The translations under genes were made by a program, and so were the position numbers. Of a stretch of 64,000 bases of DNA, positions 40,200 through 53,279 are shown one piece after another. Source of the DNA: Geosiphon pyriformis uo1 (taxonomy: Eukaryota; Fungi; Glomeromycota); the NCBI GenBank assembly GCA_016748015.1, contig JAAOMT010000366.1, forward strand, positions 4,334 to 68,333, given 5' to 3'. Each line of letters starts with the position of its first letter. Position 1 is the first letter of the stretch. The notes under the pieces were generated by a model. The model saw nothing but the letters and a program-made list of their open reading frames with translations. It searched no databases and had not been told where the DNA came from.

Positions 40200-40930
40200 T
40201 ATTTTGACTTGAAACAAAATAAGCTAAAAGCTTGATAAAAAAATTGGCATTTTTAAATTGATGCCTATAAATATTAAACATGAAATTCCTAATCTTGGAA
40301 GCTATGGTATTATTTTGAATATTATTAATAATTATATATTAGAAAAAGCATACAAAAGAGTAGCAGAGAAGAGACATTCAAAGCACAATATAATCTTGGA
40401 GTTTATATTGAAAATAAATTAGAAGTAACAAGAAATCTAGAAAAAGCATTTAAAACTTTTTTAAAAGCAGCCGAGACAAATAACTTTAATTTATAGAAGT
40501 AATATTCCTAATTTGAATACCAGTGAACTCACTTTAGGGATTAGGATAACCTGGAGTATTTTTTTTACAATTACAAAATCGAGGTTTTAAATGCCTGGAT
40601 AAATTCAAAACAGAATACTTGGATTTTGAAGCTTTATATAACCAAATTGAAGTGAAAAATTTTGGCATATCCATTTTGTGTTACAAATAAAACGGCCTGC
40701 CAAAATTTCTAGAATGCTATCACACATTGAAAGATTCACTTTGGTATAAATCTTGTGAATCATCACGATTTTTAAAGACTTAAGGAACATGGTCTAGTAG
40801 GGACTCGAATATTAATCAATATATAGAATATAGATAATAAATTACTGAAAATTCCGGAATGGATTTTTCCCGAAGAGATTATATTTTAAATAATATGGAA
40901 ACAGGGAGGATTTAGTGTTGTTAAAGAACT
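40200..40930 (+). pseudogene. SEL1-repeat / kinase relic
   Basis: HSKAQYNLGVYIENKLEVTRNLEKAFK-FLKAAE (about 40375-40475) followed by a TGGFSVV glycine-loop relic (about 40900). Confidence 0.6.
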
Positions 40931-42930
40931 AGAAATTCTTTTTTATGAATATTATTTTGGAAGCTTTTTTAATTACAATTTTTTTGTAGGGGAACCATTC
41001 TTATTGAACGTATCAACTTTTTAATATTATATAAACGTCACTGTTCATAACAACAACAACAACAACAACAACAACAATAACATCATCATGACATTATAAT
41101 TTTATTAACAGGAAAGAAATTTATATCTCAAACTATTTTTAACTTACTAAAAACAGTAAAACTATGGACATAGATTTTTTCGCTCTTTCGCTCATAGAGA
41201 CTGGATAGGTTTAAATCTGTCAGGCTAAAGAAACTTTCTAAAGTTTTTAAAAATCCAAATTTATAAGGTTAGCTGCTTTTAATTAATGATATTAAGTTTA
41301 ATATTGTCATAAAAGTGGGACAAATATGATGTATGTTGTGCTAAATATTTTTTCTCTTCGTAATTATGTTAAATATGAATTTTTTAACCATCTTGAATTT
41401 CGGGATTGTGTGATCTCAGCTACAGGGTTTGAATGTTCTTATTTTTAGCAAACCTTTACTAATGTCAACAGACCGATTGATAAAATTGTAATGACACATC
41501 TTTTCTTATAAAAAAATTTAAAGTAACTATATTATTTTTGAATGTAAACCTTGAAATTTTAATAATATGGTAAATATTCAAGAATTAGTAGAAATCATTC
41601 AAAGAAAGGAGACTGAATATATGATGAAATTTTTACGAAATGTAGAAATATCTAAATACTTGTGTATACAAAATTATGCAAGCTGCTTTGCAAAAAATCA
41701 AAATTTACCAATTTTATATAATTTACATAATATATCGTTGATCGATGCCATTGTAGGAATCTTACTGAAGGTTTTATATATAACATAAAATCGTTTCTGA
41801 ACTTCAATCATTTTTTGCTTTCAACAAAGTGTTTGGTTGCAAGAAATATTAAACACCAAAAAACCTAATTAATGTTAATTTGATATATTGGACTTTCTAA
41901 AAAATATTTATTTCAAAAGAAAGTTTTTTCTATGTAAGCGCGATTTCTTGGCTTGAAACAGATTTGAACATAAGTTTTCATTTAAACCATTTATTGTTCT
42001 TATGGCCAATTTTTGATCAGAAAATGGAAATTCATCATCATTTGGCATAATTAAAATTTTGCATAGCATTGAAAATTTATTTATGATATATTTACACAAG
42101 TTATAAAATATACATTACACATTTTTAATAGAAGTTTTTCTTTTATTGTTATAGAAATGCTCCAATAAGTTTAAAATTAATGTATAAAAACTTGCAAGAG
42201 GTTTTCCTAAAATAGGTTTTTTAAGGTTTTCTTAATTACAAAAAAAATCAGCAGTTTTCAAAATTATTTCGAAAAAAAAAAGTTTCATAGATACTTGTTC
42301 CTGCACCATCTGCTTTTTTTAATTTGCACAATTTCTTTGGGACTGCAAGAAAAAATATGATGGGATGCAGGTGAAGAGTCAGATAAAAACAGTGTTGTTG
42401 TCAATTGTAATGCGCAATGCAGGTACAAACCCCAGGAACGTTCTTCCCCGGTATGAGTTGGAACTAATTTTAACAATGCATAGGTGAGGTGCATATTATT
42501 AAATTTACAACGTCTCTAGGTTAAGATATGGTATATTAACGAAATTTAATAGATAATTTGATGATTTAGTTTATACATGATTAATATACATTTCGATATT
42601 ATAACTAATAAAATTAAAGTTTTAATTGAAAAGAATCAAAATTGAAAAGGAAAGTATTGAACTTGATATTGCATGGAATATTTTACTATTAATAAATGCT
42701 TTTACATTTTTTTTATTGTAAAATCTCTTTTGAATAATTCCAAACAATATTTAATAATTAATTGAACTAAATTATAATAAAAAATTCAGGATGCTGAAAA
42801 AAAAGTTACCCTTGAAATAAATCTATTGATATTAAAACATGCCATCTTTTTATTAATAAAAGATATTAAATTGTCCACTTTTACCAATTTCCAATATTTT
42901 CTAACACTTTAACCGAAGCAGAAATGAGAA

Positions 42931-44400
42931 TCAATTTCCCCTAACACTTCTTTCCACCTTATAACCAAAATAAGGACCATAGTGATCTTCAATATTTCGA
43001 ACATTTCTATTCTCTCCCCTTCTACCATTAGATCCAGCGTTGCAATTCTTTAATGCAACAAAAAATTGATCATTGATAAATAAAAAATAAAGATATGTGT
43101 CCTATATTTCATAAAATAAATTGAAAAGCTTACTTGATTCTCTTCAAAGCTTCCAATCCGGAAACATTCATAAACAATTGGAAAAACTTGTTGAGATTTT
43201 GTCAGTTGTTTACAACTACAATCTTTATCATAGGGTATCCAATATTCTCGACTTAATTGATAATATTCGACACTTATTTTATTATCATATAAACCCCATT
43301 TAGGCCATGCTGGTACCCAATCATCCCCATGTGTAACTCGATATACATCTAATTGACTATCAACAAACTCAACGAAATTCTTATTTCCCATTCGTGGTAA
43401 GCCGAATGTCACTACTTTTGGCTTTGTAGTCAGTTCAAAACTTTTAGCAAACTCCAATGCGGCAAATATTGCAAAAACTAAAAAATAATTTTTTAATAAA
43501 TAAAATTTTCAAAATTTGACTTAATATTAAAAAATACGTTTTTCTCACCACCCCCTCTTCCAAAAGCTGTAAAGGTAAATAAATCTTTCACATTTGAAAA
43601 ACCTGGATCCTCGAGAAGGTATCTCATTTTTCCCCAGAAAACATCACGTGCTTCTATCCATTTACGGTAATATAGATTTTCAACGTATACATTAGGAATT
43701 CCTGAACTGTAAGCAACTGCAACACCAGTGTTTACTTTACGATTACTGTAAACACTGGAAGTTCCTTTGAATTTGATTATTAGATATTTTTCATTGCTTG
43801 CAGAAGTGGTGAATGAAAAAAGAGTTTCTGGAAGACTGGCTTTCAAAGAAATTAAATAATACGATGAAAGATTATAATAATTTTTTTGAAGATTTTTAAG
43901 GGAATGAGTTTAATCTTTTTTATCTTACCAAAGGTTAACCTTATCAGTCTATCAGCATTGCCTTTTAAATAAGTTGCTTCATAAGCTTCCTTTGCATGGG
44001 TTGCTAGCAAGTTTAATTTCTCAGGAGATTCTACAAGAATTTGTTTATCCTTTGATTCAGCTAAATTTCTTTTGACCCTTTTATGGTTGTATTCTCTTTG
44101 CAGAGGTTCTTGTAGCCTTTTTATGAATTCTAATAGAGTTTTATTATATTGAGTATCAGAAGAGAATTTTTCTTTTTGATTTGCTTGTAAGTGTTGAAAA
44201 AAATTCTTTTTAAAAGCAAGGTTAATTGATTTTCTTGAGATATCTTTTTTACGTTTGAAACATGATTTTAAACCACTTTCTGAAGAATACCGTAATAAAT
44301 CAGAGGGTCGAAAGAATATTTGAATTTCTACTAGATTTTGGAAAAATTTTATGAATATTACGAATAAAAAAATCCAAAATAAAAATTTGTTTTTGGGCAT
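42931..44400 (-). CDS. Class-3 lipase-like protein C, catalytic Ser replaced by Gly (407 aa, 4 exons)
   Basis: Exons 44400-43929, 43839-43549, 43477-43134 and 43047-42931 join in frame (1224 nt). Hydrophobic N-terminus; long pro-region ending KRVKR; FKGT; FTAFGRGG-VFAIFAALE; TFGLPRMGN; HGDDWVP; DHYGPYFG. Confidence 0.9.
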
Positions 44401-44793
44401 GATAATTTTCTGAGGTCACTTTTTCGAAATAAAAATAAGAATAAGAACCTTAAAACTAAGTTGAGTTAAATAAAAATTAAATTCATGAGACTTATCATTT
44501 TGAATAATTTTTAAATATATGAAAAATAATTCAACATAATAAAAGTTGAATTAGATTTGCCTTTTTTGTGTTATCTGAAACTAAATACACCACTACTGGT
44601 GGGCAAATATTAGATTAAAACGCTGATTCTATTATTAGTATGGTTGTTGGTTACATGAATTTATATAATATTTGTTTAAAACAATAATTTACATAATAAA
44701 TGTTGATGAAAAAATCAAAAAAAAAATTTCTTATTTTGTGTGATATAACTTTTTTGTTGTTGCAAACTTTCAATTCGAAATACAAAATGAAAA

Positions 44794-44835
<42 letters not shown>

Positions 44836-45111
44836 TCCTATTTATTCTTCAAAAGTTTCTAAACAAGATTTTTCATAAAAATTAATTTGTCATGTTTTTT
44901 AGAAGGAATAATTTTTATCTTTTGTATATCAATCCCAAATTCTTACAAGCTACTTTTTTATATATTTCCTAGCTCAATCTTTGCGTTTTAAATAAAGGTG
45001 GCAAAGAATCAATCTCAAAAATTCCAAGTATAAAAAACGAAAAGTTCTTTACAATTTTTTGTTTAATACTCTTGAAAATATCATTTATTAGATACTGCAA
45101 GTCAAATAAAT

Positions 45112-46434
45112 TCAAAGTATTATTGTACGCTTTGCCCAATATTTGTCTTGTCGCATCACATATCCGAAATATGGCCCTTGATGTTCACTACTATTCTCTT
45201 TTAATAGATCATGATTAAATTGATTATTACAAAGCTTGAGGAAAAAAGAAACAATTAATTCTCCAATATAAAAAATTTCAAAAAAACTATTTACAATATT
45301 GGAGAAAACACACACCGAGCTTGGAAGAATACTCCCAACTTTTTCACATTTAAACACCAAAGGAAAAGAGATTGATCGATTTTCATCCAAACTTGGCCCA
45401 CAATTGCAATCTTTCTCCTCTGGGATCCAATATTCCGTAGCCAATGGCAAGTATTCATCAATAACCTTTCTCTTATCATCTATTACAGAGACTGGGTATT
45501 TAGGAACAAAATCTGCTCGATAAGTCACCCTGTATACGTTTAACATTAAGTTAGCATATTCAGCAAAAGCCTTGTTTCCAATTTGAGGTTGCCCAAAAGT
45601 TATTACTTTCGGTCTAGTATTATATGCTAAGGCATATTCAAGAGCCGCGTATACTGCCAAAACTGAATTTTTATAAATATTTCTGTGAAAATTAATAATA
45701 CCTTTTTCAAAAAATAGAATGAATTATTGGGATAAATTAATTACCTCCACCCTGACTGTAACCAGTGAATGTATAATGAGGTCTCCTTGATGTGAATTTG
45801 TTTTGAAGTTCAAAAGCGTTTATTTCATTTAAAAATATTGGACTTAGTGTTTTCCAAATAGTATTTAAAGTAGCTTCAACCTTAGCACCTTCTACATCTG
45901 AATATGGAACAGATGGCGAATTTTTCCGTAAAATGGGCCATGAGTAGTAATTAACCTCAAAACTACCAAATCCTATGGCTACATCTGGTCGCTTATCATT
46001 ATCATCTGAGATTATGAAAAAATTTCCTGAGATAAAAGTTTTTATTAATGTTTTGGGTGATATTATTGCTACAATGCTACTAATAGAAGTTTTCATGACT
46101 TACCCCAAGACCATCTTGATCCGAAATTGTGAATATTCCCTTGATGAAGCACAGATTTCTGAGAGAAATGGGCATGTAATGCAAGCATGTCTAAGGTTTG
46201 TTGATCTGTAACTAGAACCTTGTTGTCAGATTCATTTTTTTTGAAGAGTTTTTTTTCACTTTGTCCAAATTTTTTTCGAGTTTCACTGTTAGGGAATCTT
46301 TGTATCCTCCACCGAATCAAAAAACTTAATAATAAAGTAATCGATATAAAAGCAAGTAAAAAGAATAGCAATTTATGCCTTTGAAATTTAATAGAATTTC
46401 TATGAATTGAAGCCTCCTGCCGTTGTTGCTTCAT
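45112..46434 (-). CDS. Class-3 lipase D with intact Ser-Asp-His triad and N-terminal signal anchor (360 aa, 4 exons)
   Basis: Exons 46434-46104, 46026-45745, 45662-45316 and 45234-45112 join in frame (1083 nt). FTGYSQGG-VLAVYAALE; TFGQPQIGN; YRADFVP; EHQGPYFG; hydrophobic segment at residues 22-40. Confidence 0.9.
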
Positions 46435-47339
46435 CTTTAAAAAAATTATGGTTCGTAATTACAAAATTTAAAGCTAATTTTTTCTTTTTCTTTTGAATTC
46501 TATCTACGACCAATTTAGTTGACTACCAAAAAAATTAAACAATCATTTATTTATTTTTTAAAATGAAAGGGGAAATAAATAGATCGTCTTACGATCATTT
46601 ATTAATATTGTCTATCCGATCTTTTATATCTTTTTATCACTGCTACCTTGATTTTATTAATAAATCTACTTCTATGATTGTTTGGAAACAAATCTCTTTA
46701 ACTAGCGAAAGTATATCATTTCAGGTGGTTGTGTATGTCACACAGGAAAAAACCAATTGTGCGACACGATTTTGTTTTGTGAGTTTCAACATTTCATTTT
46801 CACTCCATTCTGGAAGATAATTTAGAATTCTAGATTTGAGTTATCATTTTCTGTTTGTGATTAGCCATCTATTTCATATATAAAGCTTAGGGAAAATTTC
46901 TTTTATAAATATTGTAAAAATATATAATTAAAAAAGCAAATCCTAAATGAATAAACATATTTCGGTGAAACCAAAGTCAAAGAGCTTTCTACATTTGTTC
47001 TTTAGAATTAAAATAATTTCTTTATTGAAAATTTTTTACGCTTTCTAATTTTTCATTCATCAAGTGATCCGATCTATAATTTTTTTATCCTTTTTCAAAA
47101 GGAAACAAATACAAAACAAAACAAAATTTACATCTTTTCTTATTTTCGAATTTTAAAAGTCAAGAAGATAATTTAATTGATCAAAAAATAAGTCACGATA
47201 TTGTATAGAAACCTTGATTTTCTGCTTATTCGAAATCAGGTACCCCTCAATATCGATCGCCTAATAAAACATTGATAATTATTGGGAAAATATTGAAAGC
47301 TAAGAATTTGCAATCTAAAATTAAAGATACAAAATCTAA

Positions 47340-47620
47340 ATATCACTTGTTAGCACTACAAGTTCTTATCATCCCAAAATAACTGTGATGGGAAACGATT
47401 AATTTCATGATCTTGAATACATTATCTCAAGAAATTTTGGATTTCATTGGACGAAGAATGTGAACGTGGATTTAAATGTACACTTAATAAATTTACCATC
47501 CTAAACCCGTTAGAAGCTTAGAAAAATTACGACTCTTACAGAATTTCTCTCCTTCATTATACGATTTCATTTTTCATCCACCTTTGCACAGCGATTTCTA
47601 AATTTTGTGCTAAATCTATG
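47340..47620 (-). pseudogene. Possible lipase C-terminal remnant
   Basis: Ends SHHSYFGMIRTCSANK* (H..YFG...C signature), preceded by a broken WM...EGEKFC segment. Confidence 0.4.
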
Positions 47621-49240
47621 CAATAGTTTATGATAAAGTTTCTTTTGCAAATTTTCAGACTATTTTTCTCTATTTATTTTTGTATTCTTGAATAATTATC
47701 ATTTTTTTATCATTGATCAGTTTTCATAACTTCTGATTAAAACAGAGAATGTAGTTTTTTGTGTTGCAAAAAATATTTCCATTTTATTCAAAACAATGTT
47801 AGACAAATTCTGTATAATTATAATTCAGATTAATTATTTGGATAAAACTAATAAAAAAAGTATCCAAAACCATTTTTGAATTTAGGACAAAAGTAATTTC
47901 AAAAGTAACTTTTGTAAACAACTTTTTTAAAAAAATAGTGACCATAGATTGGTGAATTATTGTAATCAGTTCCACATTTCTCTTTTACTCTCAAAAAATG
48001 ATTGAAATTTTACAAAAAAAAATCAATTCTCTTATATAAATGCATATTGGTGTTGACTTTGTCAATATATTATTATTGATTTCCCTAAAAATGCAAATCT
48101 TTCGAATTACATTATTTAGCCAAGGTGCAAAATCAATTCAAATAAAGACTTTATTTTGTTTTCACACGTTGGATTCTTAATTGGATAAAATCCCAAATAT
48201 CAATCAAAAAACTAAATGGTTTAAAAGACAATAAAATAAAGGCCACATATTGTCATTGATTACAAATTTTTTATTTTGCCAAAATTCCTCAATTTTCGCA
48301 TTAAAATTTTTTGTTTAATATTTACAACCACAAATTGTAATCAGAGATTGAGATAGACTCATATTTATAATATCAACTCCTTTATAAATTTATTAGGCTT
48401 TTTTCTTATCAATCTTTTGTAAATATACTCGGTGGAATAAAGTTACCAAACACTTTATTAGTTTTACAATTACTATAGATGAAAACTAAAATTTGAAATC
48501 TTGTAGGCCGCATTCTTATTCCTAATTAAGTTTTTATACGTTTGTCTATTAATTGCTTCCCATTCTTTTTTTGAACATCATAAAAAGTTTGCAAAGCTTT
48601 TATGTTTGTGATCCTATTTTCGAACACCTCATTCCAACTTATCTCATAAATGCTCAATTGAGTTGAGATCTGGGGATTATGCGTATTAATTTGGAAGTAG
48701 TTTGAAAATCGGATTTTTAGTTTACCGGCATTATAAATCAAAGCATTGTTTTATTGAAAAAATGAATATCAATCTTGAGATACAAGGCTATATTTTGCTT
48801 TTCAAGAAGTTTTATATAGCCAAATTGATAAAGTTTTCTTTCGATTGATACAAAAAACTCTACACCAATGATTAAATTTTATTTAAGAACAATTTTTTGG
48901 TTCTTGAATCAAAGCATTTTATTACCAACTTTAAATACTAGAATATTTATTTAACCTTTGGTAAAATCCAATCAATTATTAAAGTAATTAAAAATATTAG
49001 TTAAAAATATTACTATAACGCTAATACACAATTAATATTAAAGAGGATATACAGTATCATTTCGTTTTGAGGAGTTCTATTAAATTTTATTTTAACGCTG
49101 ATTATTAAGAGCTAGATAACTATGTAAAGAGTCCTAATTTCCATTATATTAATTTAAAGTATGTAAGTCAGAGGTGCCGACGATAATTTTAATGAGATGG
49201 TCGAAAAAAGAGAATTTTCTAAAAGAACAGTCTGCAGATT

Positions 49241-49372
49241 TTACATGATTGAGCATTGACCAGTGCCACTGCCATCGTCTGGGTCACCAGTTGGTCCTTT
49301 AATTGAGCCGTTTCCAGGAGCGATAATTGAGAGAGGATTAAAGGAGGACTGATTGTTAGTTGTTGGTTGCAT
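49241..49372 (-). CDS. 43-aa CaaX-terminated peptide; candidate lipopeptide (a-factor-like) pheromone precursor
   Basis: ATG-to-TAA, 132 nt: MQPTTNNQSSFNPLSIIAPGNGSIKGPTGDPDDGSGTGQCSIM*. The GC-richer patch coincides with the ORF; A-rich start context (taaacaaaATG); TATAAAA about 110 nt upstream. Confidence 0.65.
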   Translation of the reverse strand: MQPTTNNQSSFNPLSIIAPGNGSIKGPTGDPDDGSGTGQCSIM

Positions 49373-49481
49373 TTTGTTTAAGTTATTTGATTAATTTAAA
49401 TTTGAGTGTTTCGTTTCTTTTCCTTTTCTTTTAATTCTTTTGGATGGATTGAATAAAAATAAATTGGAAAGGCACGACCAG

Positions 49482-49670
49482 TTTTATAGAAAAAGATATG
49501 ATTAGAAACAATATCAATTGAAGCAGAATGTTAAAAAAGTCAAATCATTATTCCATTTAATCATAAATTTTGATAGACACATTGTTAAAGTTATGCTAAC
49601 AATGTCTTGAAAACATATCAGCTTTTAAATTTAATTACCAGTTTAAAAAGGCAAGTGGTAAGTCATTGTT
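49482..49670 (-). promoter_or_regulatory. Putative promoter of the CaaX peptide gene: TATA box plus four AACAAT (HMG-box-like) sites
   Basis: TATAAAA on the minus strand at 49482-88; AACAAT/ATTGTT at 49507, 49581, 49598 and 49665. Confidence 0.35.
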
Positions 49671-50649
49671 CTTTGCATTAAAATATATTTTATGAATTTA
49701 AAATGCCGTAAACAGGTTTTCTTTAAAAGATGGTGTTACAGTTGTACAAAGAATACTTGTTTATTCACGGACAATATTAAAAACTTAAAATTTCAATTAT
49801 TCCAATTTCTAAATTTAACTCTATGTTAATCAGTATTATATGCAAGAAAATAATTACTAGGATGCAAAATACCTTTAAATTCAAGATTGTGAACAAGGAT
49901 CTTTTTTAAACCTTTTCGAAAGCAAAATATACTTCGTTTATTTAGTACAAGTATCGATCAATCCATGAACGAATACTTTTCAATTTTAGAATTAATTTTA
50001 ATTTGATATGAAAAAAAATTAGAATTTTTAAGCAATAAAATTTTATAAAATTATATTTTTAAATGGATCCTTGCTAACAATGCATTTACATAATATTGTT
50101 AGCCCTTCCTGTATTAATTATATGGATGTCTAATTTTTTATTTCATTATTTCGTATTTTATTATTTTTAATTTCCTATTCTTTTAACACCTTATTTGAAT
50201 ACTTGCTAATTAATGTTGCCAATGCAACGTGCTAAAGGATGAAACAATTTAACCGAATATAAATAATTTAATATTTTTTCAAAAATTCTTTATTTTAATT
50301 CTTCTCTATTTCTCAAGAAAACAGAAAACCTTCAATTAAAATGAACAATATAGATGTTATATCAGTTCACAAATAGACATTGTTTAAAATTTTACATGAC
50401 GCTATAAATAACCTGAAATTTAAATACTTTCAAGATGCTATCAAACTAAGATTTTCGGTCTAATTTATTCATTTAGAAAATTCATTTAAAGCATTATCAG
50501 TTTCAATAATCAGGTTTATTTTCTTATTCTATTTTATTCATTAAGAGCTTTAGAATATATACATTTATTCTTTGAATAATAATTTTTGGGTAGTTTTTTA
50601 CTCTATAAAATTGTTATTTTTATCAAGTTCTTAATCTTTAATTTAATAA

Positions 50650-51992
50650 AAAATATATAATAAAATTAGAGGTAGTACGTTATAACAAAAATTTTACTAG
50701 CAAACAAATGTTAAAATCAAAAATTAGCATCTTGAAAATCAATCTGAACCTAGCTTAAGCAATACACCAGAAAAATTTGATATAAAGCATAAAAAAATTT
50801 TGAACTGGATAAATAAGCATAAAGAATTGAATTAATGTGTGCAAGACTTAAATAAAATGATTTACTTCTAATTTGAAGCCCTGATATCCAATACTCAAAG
50901 GTGATCTTGTTATTTGGATTAGATCTTTATTTCAAAAACAAAAGATCGTAAAATGCTGTAGGGTTTGTTCTAAGGCAAGATTTTTAGCAGAAATATCACA
51001 TTTTATTTTATATCAATGGATTTATGAAATCCTATTATCTACAAACAGCATTTTACTATAATTTTACAAAATAAAAATACCAAACAATTTAGAATCAATA
51101 CAGTATGAGTTTTTGAGCTTTTTTTATATCTTTTGGCACTTATCAAAAATGTTGATGAAATGACTCTTATTCTCAATGTTCCTAATAATAGGACTATTAA
51201 AAAAACTGGTGCAAGTATTGTTAGCATTCTGACAAGAGAACATAAAAAATCTAATTTACTGTAATATTGATTTATATGGCTGATGGAAAAAAATTACCTT
51301 CAGTAGTAATTTTTAAATTATTTAATATTCCCACTTCAAAATTTTATAATGGATTGATTTAATGAAAAAAAAACGCAAATGTGGCCGTAATTCCAGGTGA
51401 ATATACCAATAATTTTTAACCATTAGATGAATATTTAAACAAATTATTTAAATCAAAGGTATGTTTGAATATTATTTATTATAATATATTTATTTATTGT
51501 AATATTGCCAATTATTTAATAATTGGACGATTGATGGAACAACATTTGGTGGTCGTATACAACACCCCCCAAAGTTATAGTAACTGTTGCCAAATTTTTA
51601 TGGAATTAAGTTGATCCGCATCTTATTAAGCGTGTTGTGATCAGATAATAATATTTTTAATTATTATTGGGCTGAACAAACCTCAAAGATCTAATTGCAA
51701 TTATATAATTGAAGATGAACTATTAATTAGGATGGACTTTGTTGAAATAACACTCATAGTGTATCATTACAAAGTCATCAAATTTCCGATTTTGATGAAC
51801 ATTATAATATTTAGACGGAATTATATTTAAATATATTAAATAATAAAAATAAAAATTTGTAATTACTGATCAAATTAAAAATTTTAACCTATTAGATTTA
51901 ATAAATTTTCAATCATTAAATATACCCGAGTATTTTATATTTTAATATTAAAACCTATGAATTATAGGAATTCTAAATGGGAAATTACAGTA
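50650..51992 (+). mobile_element. Degenerate pogo/Tigger-like (CENP-B HTH + DDE_1) transposon
   Basis: YPILKGDLVIWIRSL (CENP-B HTH), TVILIYMADGKKLPSVVIFK, VAVIPGEYT-PLDEYLNKLFKSK (IPGGxTSxLQPLDV-like); possible right end gaaattacagTA at 51981-92. Confidence 0.8.
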
Positions 51993-52179
51993 ATACATTC
52001 ATTTTTATCATCATATAAAAACGGCTAAATTGTTAGGAAAGTAATGGCCCTTCCGAAAGAAGCCGACATAAGTGTTATTTTTGTTTACTCCTGATGTCCT
52101 ACAATCTCTTATCTATTTCCTTTGATACTCATTCTTTCTATCTACTTATTTTTCCACTTGCCTAATGCATCTCAACTCC

Positions 52180-53010
52180 ATAAAATCGAACCGTGAGGTT
52201 GTTATGTACTTTTGGGGCAACTTTCACCGCAATGCAACTGAAATCGCAAAATTAACTGTTGTTTCCCCGCGCTCCTGTGAACGTTGCGTCGCTCTACTTT
52301 AGAAAAAGACCAAATTCCGGATATTAATCGTCCTGGCCGCCCACACAAACTTATTTCTCCCAAATTGTCGCCAGATTGACAAAATCTTCCACACCAATCA
52401 TTTAGTTACAGCAGCCGAAATCAAAGCATGGCTCTAAGAATTAAATACCAGCTTCGAAGTTGGTGAAAAAACTATCCGAGACGAGATTTTAAGGCTTCGT
52501 TACACTCCCATTCAGCCTAAAGATGTCTCTTCTCGCCGAGAACCGTTTGCAATGGGCACATAACTATTGCCTTTACAATTGGCACAAAATTATATTCTCT
52601 GATAAAACAATTTTGCAGATGTTACGAAACAACTGTTTGGCATGGACAATCTATAGCACGAATGGTAAAAGATCCATTCAAGCTGCATGTTTGGGCGGCG
52701 ATCAGCGAAGATGCAAGATCAGTTTTCACATTTTCACAGAGAATTTAGAATGTCATATCTATTGTGAAATCTTCACTTTTATGACAATGCAATCACAATA
52801 AATGGTCATAAATTGGTATTCCGGCAATATAATTACCCGAAACACATTTCTCATCATGTATGTAAAAAAGTAAAAGGAATGGTAACAAAAAAAAGGTGTT
52901 TCAGGAGATTTTTATAAAAGAAATCTTCAAGAAGAGTTGTTACTAATATTTGTATATCTGCCTATATTCAAGCTTGTATAAATGCAGAAGGATATCATAT
53001 TAATATTAGT
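52180..53010 (+). mobile_element. Degenerate Tc1-like transposase
   Basis: NATEIAKLT...RPGRPHKL, RLQWAHNY...WHKIIFSDKT and RQYNYPKHIS (QQDNDPKHTS-like); frameshifted. Confidence 0.8.
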
Positions 53011-53279
53011 TTTCTGCATATATTATAAAATAATTATTAATAAAAAATCTTTTAGTTACGTTTAAAAAATTCTTGCAGTTTAAAAATTGATGATATTCAG
53101 CTCCCCAAACGTGTTTCATATCTATCTTAATATGGATAGTTGATTTTAATATTATATTTTTATTCGCAAGAGCAAATCTATCTTCCTATAAAGAATAGAT
53201 TATCGAATAGTAATATATCAACATTTTGGATGTTCCAGATTAAAATTTTGTCGGAGGAATTTTAACCTTTTTTTTAAAA

